In this document: positions 23,101 to 34,600 of the stretch, one piece after another | Numbering within the stretch: position 1 is the first letter of the stretch | Layout of the letters: each line of letters opens with the position of its first letter | Notes under the pieces: model-generated | What the model saw: only the letters and a program-made list of their open reading frames with translations | Databases searched by the model: none | What the model was told of the DNA's origin: nothing | From: Heteronotia binoei | Lineage: Eukaryota | Length of the DNA: 64,000 bases | Assembly: GCF_032191835.1 (NCBI RefSeq) | Contig: NC_083237.1 | Coordinates: 14,942,001 to 15,006,000 of the forward strand | Direction of reading: 5' to 3' | Position numbers and translations under genes: made by a program

Positions 23101-26100
23101 TTTATTTTTTTTACAAAAAGTTGCTACTGTGGCAGCTGACACTGAAGCAGAAGGGCCTTTACTGTGTGATTAAATAATTAAAAAATTAACATGTTCATTT
23201 TAAAAGGCATCCTATTACGCAAAGTTTCAACTTTACCTCTAGGTTCCCAGGTCCCTTTTTTATACCAGCGGGAGGACCTGGGGAACATTCCAGGAATGAG
23301 CAGGGATGTCCCCAATGTGATGACATCATGTGGAAGTGATATCCTCACACTGATGATGTTGCGTGGGGATGTTCTACTTTTTGGGCAAACTCTATGGTAA
23401 AATTGGGCTCCAATTTTATAGTATTGCTCAAAAATCAGGGAATTGGCATGTGCCATTGCAGATGCAAAGACATAACTTTCATGTGATATCATCACATTGG
23501 GGATGTTGTGAGAGAATGTAGCTATTTGGAGTGGGGTTTCCCCCACCAGCCAGCTGGCTGGTAGAGGGGAGAAGCCCCAAAAAACGGGGGATCCCCTTCT
23601 TGGACCTGAAGACTGGCATCCCTAACCACTGACTGACATTTTGTGGTTTGGTCTTTCTCTCCTGGCAGTCATTTTGAGGTTTGCTACACCTCCTTGCTGC
23701 AGCCATTTTGGGTTGTGCTCACCATTTTGTGTCAGAATGTTCTCATAGGCTCAAAAAAGTTGGGGACCCTGATTGAGGTAGTCCTAAAGTAATGAAAATC
23801 TATCTAGGATAGGGGTTTGTCTCATTGGGTTAGATCTGGCCAGCTTTTTAATCCAATCTCACCAAATTCCCTCTTTACTACAACTACTTTGTCCTTTGCC
23901 CATGAAAGTCTTTGGCTCCCCACCATAGTGTTTTGTTTATCTAAAGTGATCTTTCCCTCTCTTTTTCACTTACTGAAAAACTGACTGGATCCAAGTTATT
24001 TTTTTAGGATCTCAGGAACATCTTGTTTGTTTTGTTATCTCTTTGAACTCAGCTTCATCCCTTTCTGAGGACCATCACATTCAACAACAGTGCCAAAGAG
24101 ACAGTGCAATTTAATGAAAACAGGGAAATATTTGCAGGGTTTGATGTTACAAACTGGAGGACATTCTCAAACAACTCTTTTACTAGAGTACAAGTTGGAA
24201 GTCTGGATCTTGCTGGCAAGGAGTTAACTATTCATGATGAAATCATTGTGTGGCATAGAATATTTAACCAGGTGAGATTTGTATTTAAATCTTTGAGTCC
24301 AAGAGATACCTTGCATTTAGCATTGTTCTCTGTTTTTATATTGATGTGACTATGCTTAACATCTGTACCTTGCTATTGAATTAAAATACTACTTAAAAAC
24401 AATAAAATAGTATTTTCTTCCTACGAACCACACAAAAAGTGGGTTGTACATGTTTTAATTAATAAATAAAAGAAATGCCAAATCAGTTAACATTTTCTTG
24501 TATATGCAAATGACCTAATGTGTGCTATATTAAATGCTGATTTTATTGGACCAAAAACATTAACTTAATGGGTGGAAATGTGAAAGTTATGTTTTGGATG
24601 AGTAAGACAAACATAAGGACAATCAAGAGTTCTGTTTTCACCCATATCACTGTGCTTAATATCTGAACCATGTGACTGTGCTTAATATCTGTACTTTGAT
24701 ACGGGATTAAAATACTACTTAAAAGTTACAACCCTAAAATTTGAAAACTCTTGGATATACCTCATTAACAGTTGGACTACTTGAGAAAAAGTGGTGAGCA
24801 GGATAGTTTGCTTCTCTCCAATCCATGTAAGATGGGTAAAAGCCAAATCTGAACACTGAGGGCGTTTTCCCACAGAGCTTACCTCGGAGCGACGTCCCTC
24901 TTCACTGCGCAGCATCTGCGCGGATTTCCCACCAACTGTTCCGCATAACCAGAAAGAGCCGCGGCTTTTGCGTCGCTAACGTAAACTGGTTTTTAGCGGT
25001 TTACATCTGTGACGCAAAAGGTCCAGCACTTCCTGGTTATGCGGAGCAGTTGGTGGGAAATCCGCGCAGATGCTGCGCGGTGAAGAGGGACATCGCTCCG
25101 AGGTAAGCTCTGTGGGAAAACGCCCCAAGTTTGATGCTCCAAGTTGTAAAATCTGCTGGCCATCCTAAAACTCTCATGAATGGAAAAGAGCTAGAACTGA
25201 AATTCCAGAGCAGAACTGAAATTGGGTGATCAGTAGGATGATTTTACTTATACACTAGGAAATTAAATGATAAAAAAACCCTCAATCCTAAATGTTCTGC
25301 CTTGATATTTCTGAACAGACACTACCTATTTCTGTGTGCAATGACAACTGCCATCCTGGCTTCAGCAGGATAAGGAAGGAAGGGAAGCCATTCTGCTGTT
25401 ATGACTGTGTTCCATGTCCAGAAGGGAAGATTACTGATAAGAGAGGTAGGGCACAGTCTTCAAAGATTTCAGGATATCCCATGCCTACCTTTGAGTAACA
25501 GAAACGAAAGCTTGAAAGTCTCATCAATGTTGATTTGGTTGCTGACCAACCCCCTTCCCCTCAAATGGCCACACAGATTGCAGAACATAGACTGATTCTC
25601 CACTAGCCTTATGCCACTCTCACTCTTCTCTTCTCGCCGGGGCTTCTGTAAGATTTCACACTATCTGCCCTGGGGCTGCAACTAGCTCTGCCTCTTTCAC
25701 ACAGCAAACAAGATCCTTTAAAAACCGGTTTCTGTCTGCTGCACGAAAAAGGCTGAGTTGCAACCTCGGGGCAGATAGTGTGAAATCCAACAAAAGTCCC
25801 GCAGAGAAGAGAAGTGTGAGAGCAGCATAAGGCAAGTGGGGAATCGGTTCTAGTCTTTTTAGTAGGGATGGGCATGAGGAAACTGATGAGCTGGAAATGG
25901 ACACAGAAATGGTTGGTTTAGATTGCTACAGTGATCTCCCAAAATGATAATACAAAACCAAGGTTGTTGGTATAATGAAACCCTTATCCTCAAAATAATC
26001 CCTAGGGTGTGGGGGGGAGGGGGTTGCTTTTAGTTTGGGAGCTACCAAGAAAGCTCCATGCCTCTTCCATCTCACTCACTGCTTTGCAGAGGACTGGAAA

Positions 26101-27840
26101 AAAAAATCTGAGCACCTCTTTCACAGGACTGTAGACATTTAACTCTTGGTTAAATTTCCTTGAAAGCTGGGGGTTCTTTAAAGGACAGGTAGCAACCACT
26201 TCACTGCCATTTTTGGTGTCATTTGTTAGGGGGGAAAAGCCATTCCACCTTCCCCCAAAGTAGGAGACAGGAATGTGAAGTGACTTATATGACCTCCATT
26301 GAAATACATTACAGCCACTTAGAAATGTTGCAATGAAAATGTGGAAAGTGTTCAGAGAAAAGTGACCCAGTACTGAAATGATAGTCCCCAGAATAGTCCC
26401 TGGGACCATATAAACTGTGCTTGGACTGGGATGGCATCCCCCAGAGAACTGATTCCCATCCTAGGAGATGTTGCTTCACTTTAAGGGCTAATAATCTCAG
26501 CACTCCAAAGCATTGCTGAGGTCCCTTCCCTTCCCAAACTCATCCTTCCCCTGGCTTTCCTGGTAACTCCCCAAATCATTTTTAAATTTGATGGTTTTAA
26601 TTAGATGGTTTTAATGTAACAGTACATTTAATTGAGTAATATATAATTGCTATGTAATTAGTGTATTTTATTATTGTATTATTGTAATGTCGGCATTTTA
26701 TGCCATGTAAGCCGCCCTGAGCCTGCTTCAGTGGGGAGGGCGGGATATAACTTAAAAATTATTATTAATAGTAGTAAATCATCAGGAATGTTCCAAACAA
26801 GAGCATCAACCCTATCTATATGTACCTGTCTATTTGTATCTATATTTTATTTATTTTATTTATTTATTCTATGATTTGTATCCCGCCCTTCCCATAAAAA
26901 TGGCTCAGGGCAGCTGTATCTCATCTATTTCTTTGCAGATATGGATATCTGCATCATATGTCCAGAAGACTATTATGCAAATCCAGACCAGGATCAATGC
27001 ATTCCCAAGGTTATCAGCTATCTCTCATATGAAGAACCTTTGGGGACCAGTTTAGCTTTGTCAGCTGGTTGTTTAGCTCTGACCACAATTTTGGTGCTTG
27101 GGGTCTTCATAAAGCACCAGGAGATGCCCATCGTCAAAGCCAACAATCGGAGCCTCACCTACGTTCTCCTTGCTTCCCTCTTTTTCTGCTTCCTCTCCTC
27201 CTTGCTGTTCATTGGACAGCCTGTGGAAGTGACCTGCCTCCTTAGACAAACTACCTTTTGCATCATTTTCTCTGTAGCCCTTTCTAGCATTTTGGCCAAA
27301 ACCATCATAGTCGTATTAGCATTTCTGGCCACCCAACCAGGATCCAGAATGAAGAAATGGTTGGGGAAAGGACTGGCAACTTCCATTGTTCTTTCCTGCA
27401 CTTCCATTCAAGCAGGCATTTGTATTCTTTGGCTATGTACTTCACCTCCATTCCGAGATATGGACATGACCTCATTGAATGGAGAAATCATATTAGAATG
27501 TAACGAAGGGTCAATCTTTATGTTTTGTTGTGTCCTGGGTTATATGGGCTTCCTGGCCATTGTCATCTTCATTGTGGCATTCTTTGCCAGGAGATTGCCT
27601 GACTGTTTCAATGAAGCTAAATTTATCACTTTCAGCATGTTGGTGTTTTGCAGTGTTTGGATCTCCTTTATTCCAACCTATCTGAGCACCAAGGGGAAAT
27701 ACATGGTGGCTGTAGAGATCTTCTCCATTTTATCCTCCAGTGCTGGTCTTCTAGGCTTTATATTCTCCCCTAAATGCTACATCATTGTGATGAGACCCAA
27801 GCTGAACAACAAGGAGAGGCTGATGAGGAAAAATCAGTAG
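16895..27840 (+). CDS. V2R gene 2, complete, 6 coding exons, 880 aa
   Basis: Exons 16895-17139, 18593-18884, 20425-21282, 24053-24271, 25319-25445, 26939-27840 sum to 2643 nt (881 codons incl. stop). All junctions GT-AG. Motifs: CCYDCVPC (CRD), [20 protein letters not shown] and PKCY (7TM). Confidence 0.96.
18223..18363. other. Assembly gap (gene 2 intron 1)
   Basis: Run of N. Confidence 1.
18364..18541 (+). mobile_element. tRNA-derived SINE with CR1-like tail (5' end lost in gap)
   Basis: ccaggttcagtccctggtatctccag...gatggaccagtggtctgattcag; paralogous copy at 33445-33648. Confidence 0.65.
18593..18884 (+). CDS. V2R gene 2 exon 2
   Basis: tttacag| acceptor, [20 protein letters not shown]|gtatat, 292 bp. 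Confidence 0.95.
19181..19378. mobile_element. Penelope-like inverted-end element
   Basis: Short inverted arms; minus strand CTGATAA...CTCTC GAAAGC; paralog at 35125-35325. Confidence 0.65.
20425..21282 (+). CDS. V2R gene 2 exon 3
   Basis: ttttcag|LTYGS...QPWQ|gtaatc, 858 bp open. Confidence 0.95.
21888..22990 (-). mobile_element. L1-clade LINE 3' fragment with 13-bp TSD
   Basis: Minus strand [11 protein letters not shown]...[12 protein letters not shown]...WWTCP (ORF2 C-terminal knuckle); TSD cactga(c/g)catttt; absent from gene 3 intron 3; a small CR1 tail lies at about 22200-22270. Confidence 0.75.
24053..24271 (+). CDS. V2R gene 2 exon 4
   Basis: gaactcag|LHPFLR...IFNQ|gtgaga, 219 bp. 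Confidence 0.95.
24860..25125. mobile_element. Palindromic CpG-rich MITE (PIF/Harbinger-like)
   Basis: Long inverted arms gggcgttttccc...gggaaaacgccc; empty site near 42700. Confidence 0.8.
25319..25445 (+). CDS. V2R gene 2 exon 5 (cysteine-rich domain)
   Basis: gaacag|[11 protein letters not shown]...[12 protein letters not shown]...G|gtaggg, 127 bp. Confidence 0.95.
25590..25850. mobile_element. Palindromic MITE
   Basis: Inverted arms (gattctccact...gatttcacactatctgcc / ggcagatagtgtgaaatc...agtggggaatc), TA-flanked; absent near 43170. Confidence 0.75.
26580..26775 (+). mobile_element. L2 3' end with 7-bp TSD
   Basis: gtaagccgccctgagcc...gggcgggatata; TSD aaatcat; empty site near 43881. 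Confidence 0.8.
26842..26914 (-). mobile_element. Very short L2 3' end next to the exon 6 acceptor
   Basis: atcccgcccttccc...gctcagggcagc with (TTTTA)n; TSD tgtatct. Confidence 0.7.
26939..27840 (+). CDS. V2R gene 2 exon 6 (7TM domain)
   Basis: ctttgcag| acceptor, 7TM ORF ending at TAG 27840. Confidence 0.97.
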
Positions 27841-28872
27841 ACTGTGCAATTCTACCTGCTTTTGTATGAATGTTGAATTTGTCCAAGGGATATTTGGATT
27901 GGAGATGGTGGGCCGACCCAAGAACTGATTCTGGGGTAACAGAGTAAGAGAAAATTTGTTGAAATGAAAACTTTCTCCAGAAAAATATTGATTTCTGAAG
28001 TTTTATTGTTCTATAACATCAATAACAAGTTAGAACTATTCTGAACTTTTGTGTCAACAGGGCTTCAGTTCTATATTACAATGAGCCCATTTCTGTAATT
28101 TTGTCAAGAATGTTTTGGATGAAATTAAAAATAAAATAAAAAATAGTAACAATGAATGGACACCATTTCCAGACAGACAGGCAATGCCAGTTTAATAGTA
28201 AGAAAGCTTGGAAATTTGAAATGTGATTTTAATATGTTCTAGATGAGGATCCCTACGATTGTGTTTTATTATCTATGTTTTATTATGTAAAATGGAGACT
28301 GAGGGATAAATTCACCAAACACATATATTTGTCACCATCAGCTCGGTCACTTTAATGAAGATGTGAAACAACACAATAGGGTTAACTAGTTTATTTGAAT
28401 GGTTTTTCTACATTATAATTTCAAAATATGTGAACATATTTTAAGGGCAAGCAGCGCAGTTTATGACTGCTGGTATGGGCAATTCCACCCTGGCTTAGGG
28501 TTGCAGCCAGTGACTGGCATCTGGCGGAAGTTGGGGGAGGGGGCTTGAAGGGGCTTTACATTGATAGCATTATGTCACTCCTAGGAACAACCTGAAGGTA
28601 ATATCCATTTGCTCTAGGAATTAATGGAAACTGTATGGTTTTACTAGATATTTTCTGACAATTCTTACATAGGGTTGCCATCACTTCCAGGTTTTTCTTG
28701 AAGGTGATATAATATCATAAGCTGATGGTGGTTTTTATAACTCCTCCCCTTCTGTAGGCAGTGGGAAATGAGAGCTGGGGATCCTCCATCCTTGGCAGGA
28801 ACCAGGCAGGCTTGCTTCTCCTCTATGCTGAGATGAGCTAGGTTCCACACCCTCACCTCATGTGCTCTAAAG

Positions 28873-29007
28873 CAGGGGTGGCCAACGGTAGCTCTTCAGA
28901 TGTTTTTTGCCTACAGCTCCCATCAGCCTCGGCCAGCATGGCCAATGGCTGGGGCTGATGGGAGTTGTAGTCAAAAACATCTGGAGGGTTACCGTTGGCC
29001 ACCCCTG
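28873..29007. mobile_element. hAT MITE (CAGGGGTGGCCAAC TIR)
   Basis: Palindromic, same family as 53114 and 61299; imperfect TSD. Confidence 0.85.
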
Positions 29008-29797
29008 CCTAAAGACATCTAAGGGATTGGTTGATGCTGCTCAGCACCAACAGTGTTCCCTCCCAAGACCATCCTACCATACCACAAATAGTGGGCTGTT
29101 CAGGAAGATGATACCTTTTATTAGGTCAAATGTATATGTTGTAATGTTTTATCTCTAGATTTGAATAGAATTTTATATTTTAGAAAGCTACAATCTTCCC
29201 ATAGTCATAGGGAGGGACTATAACAATTCACATTAAAATAATAGTAAATGTTGGGATCTATTTGCGTTCCACTTTAAATAACAACACTTCACATGATTTC
29301 AGGAATGTTCAAATGTCTTGTTAGCTTAGGTTGCATCTAGTTTGCTAGTTGCAAAAAGGGACTGGGTTTCCTCACATTGGTTGACCATTTTGTGACTGTT
29401 AATCAGGTTGCTTCAGTAAATCCTTTCCTCTCAGCCCATGTGGCTCCCTGGGTTTTGCCACTTCCTGGTGCCACCCCAGCAGGTGAGCTGGGGGTGTGGG
29501 GTTCACTCGACAGCAGGCTCACCCCCCAATTTAGGATCCATCCCTATATGCTGCACCAATGTTCCTGTAGTGTAAAGAAGAAAAGCCTTGGCTGCTTTAC
29601 TTCTCCAATTCTGTATGGTCTGTTTCATTTCCTCACCTGCACCCTCAATGTCTCTGGATCTACAACTGAGTTTTAATACTCCACTATCCTTGCTTCATAA
29701 CTCCTCTACAGCAGATGTATTTTCAATAGACAGCTAAATCTGTAAAGAAAAATCATAACGATCCATTTAAAAAGTCATGTAAGCTCTGTATTTTAAT

Positions 29798-29997
29798 CAA
29801 GGCTTTTTTTGTAGAAAAAGCTCTGCAGAAACTCATTGGCATTTTAGGCCACACTCCCTGACATCAGCATTGTTTCACACAGGGCTTTTTTGTAGAAAAA
29901 GTCCAGCAGAAACTCATTTACATATTAGACCACACACCCTGATGCCAAGCCAGTCAGAAATGAGTCCCTGTATCTTCCTGTTGAAAAAAGCCCCCTA
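29798..29997. mobile_element. hAT-like MITE (CAGGGCTTTTTT family)
   Basis: 8-bp flanks attttaat; absent from copy A. Confidence 0.7.
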
Positions 29998-30072
29998 ATT
30001 TTAATAAAATTCCACCCTTTGGTGTAGTTTAGATACTCTGAAGGCTTGACATGGGTTTGAAATTGATTCTGA

Positions 30073-30346
30073 CTGATTCCCCACTAGGCTAGTTCTGGCA
30101 TCTGAGCTCTTTTTCCTGATGCTTCTGTCCAATTTCACAGAAACTGCCAGGGGGCTGAGACTTGCCCCGCCTCTTTCCCATGGCAAGCAAGATTCTCTGA
30201 AAACTGATCCTCTGAAAACTGGTTTCTGCTTGCCATGGGAAAGAGGTGGGGCAAGTTGCAGCCCCATGGCAGCTTGTGCAAAATCGGACAGAAGCGTCGG
30301 GGTAAAAAGAACTCTGATGCCACAACAAGCCTAGTGGGGAATCCAT
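30073..30346. mobile_element. Palindromic MITE related to 25590
   Basis: gattccccactaggct / agcctagtggggaatc termini; absent from copy A. Confidence 0.8.
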
Positions 30347-31440
30347 CAATGTCAGTCAATGTCTTCCAGCATGCAGAGTTTTGTGCATGCTTAGCAGTAA
30401 TTTGAACCTGGGTCCTCCAAAATTTGTTCAGTGGTTTAACTACTACACCAAAAGAAAGAAAATAATAGAAGAGTTAAAGAGTGGAATTAATTGATAGGAG
30501 ATATCTCTTCTGTTGTATGTACTTGGTATGCTAACTTTTAATATCTGTATTGATGCAGTGATCAATGAAACAATTACCCACAATATCTCATGTTTCCTAG
30601 GCTTTTCTGAACTTACTGAGGAACTTCTGTTAAAAATTTCCCAATTCATATGCAGAGATCACAATAGCATTAGCTGTGATTTTGCCATCAAATGACTCAG
30701 ACTTATGGTATCCAAACATTAGCAATTTTGCCTATGAACTTGACATCAAACTAATTACAGTAGGCTGATTTTACTTTACCTAGAGAGAGCCTAAACTTAC
30801 CATGACTCTCTCATCATCATGTTTCTCCCCCCCCCCCCGCACACACACAAACCCTGTGTTATTGTCCTGGAGGCATCTCTGAAGTGGGTTGTGGTGTTTG
30901 GTGCTACTCTAAATTCATTACTTGGAGAACTAATTATTTCCACTGTAATTACTACCATCTCTCTGAGTAATTGTCCAGCTGTTTAAAGCCCAGTGGATAC
31001 CTGAAAACCAGAATAAAAATAAAGACGAAGCCAGAATGTGATTATAAGAATCCATCATGCTCAGAGCTGGAATGAAGTGCCCCTCTGATATGCATAATTC
31101 AGTGATTGACCAAATTACTGCATAGGGACTTTTAAGAAGTGCTCAGATTAGTGTTTCATCCTCAACCTTGGGTGAAAACTCCTTTCGATAGAAAGCTACA
31201 GAAGATGGAGCTTTTTTGGAGCTCAGGAAGCGGAGGTTGTGGATTTCGTTAAGCTCCCCTAGAATTCTACCTATACCATTGAATTAAGGTGCATGACACG
31301 GCAGCAACAAAGCATTACAAAGTGAGACAAAGGAAGCACTTCAGCTTTTATTCTAAGCAGCTTGCAATACCACCACAAGCATAAACACTGTTGAGGAAAA
31401 CAGGAGAGGATACATCTTGGGGAAAAAATCTCTCCTCAGA

Positions 31441-31685
31441 ATGATGGTGCTCTTCATGTTGCTATTCGGGCAGCTGCCCTCTGTCACACTTGAGACATGT
31501 TTGGTTCACCACAGCTTGAAGACCAGTGGCGTTAAATGCCGTGTAAGAGACCCCATCCCCATTTCCCATGATTTCTATCAGCCAGGAGACCTTGTGCTTG
31601 GAATGGTTGCTTCACAGACCTTGTTCATGGATGCCTCCACTGACTTCAGTGTACTGCCCTCTCATAGACTGACCAAGAAATCCAT
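31441..31685 (+). CDS. V2R gene 3 exon 1
   Basis: ATG at 31441, donor AT|gtaagg, 245 bp. Confidence 0.9.
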
Positions 31686-34600
31686 GTAAGGATTTATCCT
31701 TTTTCTCCCTCCACCCATAACATCCACTTTGTTAACCTTTAATAATGAAAGCAAATACTAAGTAACCGAAAGCCTGAATATTGGTTTACCATGGAGACCA
31801 TATTTACTCAAAAACCAGGTGACCCTGAATGTATGATAAGCACCATCATTGTTAAACACAGAAAGATTCCTGTTATTGAACATGACTGTAACTTGTATGC
31901 AATTTAGGATGATTTCTCTTTTTTTTGATGGCATATCTGAAAGAGAAAGAACCCTAGCCCTGTATGAGAGTAAATGCAGCATGAAGAATGCTCACCAAGG
32001 GGGAAAAGAAGCTTTACAGTCATTCCATTTGTTTTGTTTGCTGCACACAACTTCTGTTAATTGATAAAAAGTTATTCCAGTTTCTTCAACATTTCATTCT
32101 AAAGTCACTTACTAAGGACATGTGTGTGATTCTCAGTTTTTGCAATGTATCCTGCCTTCTGTATACGATTCTTTTTCATGTCTTTACAATGAATGTAGCA
32201 GTACAACTTTCTCGACTATCTCACTTGCACTTTTCTTTTACCTCTCTCTCTCTCCTCTGTGACAAACTCATCTGTTTCCATTATATTGTCATAGGTTTAC
32301 TAACACCATATTGTGTTCTCCAGTCTTTAGTCTACATTTTCTCCTGTTTATCATGTCCCATGCTGACTGAGCTTTTGACATTTTTTTCTGTGTTTGGCAT
32401 CTGCTTATTCAACATTCTATGGAATATTATCTGCATTCATAATAACGTCACTAAATCTGCCTCATTATGGTAGCTTCCCTCCCACCACCCTCACTGAATT
32501 ACTATAAATGTCCTGTTCTTTTGGTGTTTAATAGTTAAACCTTCAACCAGGAATACTCCTTATTTAAATTTGAACACAGCTATGATTTCACTGGCTGCCT
32601 TTGGCAAGACACTTTCTCCTAACCTTAGCTTCCATCTACAGAGTATGGAATAACATTAACTTACTTTATAGCATGCACACACGCACACATATATATGAAG
32701 GACTGAAATACATATATACCGTGCTCTAGCGTGTTCTGAGTCCTTCAAATATATATAAATATATTTGAAGGACTCAGAACATTCTAGAGCACTGTATAAT
32801 GTTGAAGTGCTGTTTAAATAGAACTTTTAAAAAAATTCAAAGCATTTCCCATTCACAATTTTTTAAAAAAATGTTCCTATTATGTGCTATTTGACCTAAA
32901 AGGCATGGGAAATTCTGAGAAGACTCATTCCATGTGCAATTTCAGGGAAAACAGAAAACTGCCAATTTCACAAAATGTAGAATATTTTGGCAGCACAGAT
33001 TTCAGAAGAGCAACCTGAAGTTTAACTGGGGAACTTACAAAGATCAAAGCTAAAAAAACCCCTAATTATTGATGAGGTTGCTGTCCTTTCATCATTTTCT
33101 AGACTTTCTGGTTTTGTAGCTACACCAGTCTGCAGTTGTTCAGTGCTGATTCAATGAAATATATCTTCTTTTTTTAATGTAATGCTTCACTTTAAATATT
33201 CCTGCTAATGTATGTATTATACTGCTGGTCTATTACTATAACCACAGCTTTTTTTTTTTTTTACTTGGGGAACAAAGCAGAATGGAGGTCCAGAACCTCT
33301 TTGTGGAAACAAAATTCTCAAAAAATATTTAAACATTCATCATGGGCACCCATGTGTTTCTCCTTCATTTCCCCCAGGAACTTCTTTTTCCGGGGGTTGG
33401 GGGGGGGGAGCCCTGACTATAATGAACAACTATTCTATTATAGTCTAGTCTAGAATATGGTAGAGCATCAGCTTGGCATGCAGAAAGTTCCAGGTTCAAT
33501 CCCTGGTATCTCCAGTTAAATGGATCAGGCAGAGGATGATTTGAAATACCTCATACTGGATACTACAGGGCCACTGCATGTCTGAGTGGACAACAATGAT
33601 TGTGATGGACCAATGATATGATTCAGTGGAAGGCAGCTTAATGTGTTCATGTATTCTATTTTAATTTTGTTTTCTTTTTGTTTTACAGCCTGATGCCAAA
33701 AAACTACCAGAACATCCTGTCACTGTTATTTGCTGTAAAGAAGCTCAATGGAAGTCCCACAATATTACCCAATGTCACTTTGGGCTTCCACATATGTGAC
33801 CAAAATTACAATTTACAGATGACTTTACATGGCACCATGAGCCTACTTTCTACAAAGCACAAGTTTGTCCCCAACTACAAGTGTGATGTCCAGTACAGTC
33901 TGTTATCTGTTATTGGAGGACTCATTTCTGAGACCTCTATCAACATGGCCACCATCTTAAATGCATACAAGATTCCACAGGTATATTCAGGGAAGAAAAA
34001 TCCCAAGGCATGACAACAGAAAAATGAAATTAAAGAGCGATTTTGTGATTTGGAGGGGAATGTGGGATTGACAAATGGTACTGAAATTAGATAGGAGGCT
34101 TAGAAGAAAACAGTTATATGCAGAGCTTTTTTTGAGCAGGAACACACAGGAACACAGTTCCGGCTGGCTTGGTTCCAGGGGGTGTGGCCTAATATGCAAA
34201 TGAGGTCCTGCTGGCCTTTTTCTACAAAAAAACTATGTGGAACAGTGGTGATGTCAGGGGGTGTGGCCTACTATGCAAATAAGTTCCTGCTGGGCTTTTT
34301 CTACAAAGTAAGTCCTGGTTATATTAAAGTTGTTTGTAAAAGGGGTAAGGCAGGTACAAACCAGGCCTAGTTCTTGCAAGATATAAATGAGGTTGTAAAA
34401 GAAAACATCCTAGGACGGGGTGGGGAACCTTTTTTCTGCCAAGGGCCATTTGGATATTTATAACATCATTTGCGGGCCATAAAAATTATCAACTTAAAAA
34501 ACAGTGCTCTGACGAGGGAGAATGATTCAGGCTTGCAAAATTAATGCATTTTTTTTTCTATTTGAAGTAACGTGGGGAAAGCTTAATCTGGGCACACACA

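Larger units (their letters stand above)
14627..28213 (+). repeat. Tandem segmental duplication copy A (contains gene 2)
   Basis: Collinear with 29240-45253 across upstream region, introns and 3' flank; homology ends at agcttgg(a/g)aa. Confidence 0.9.
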
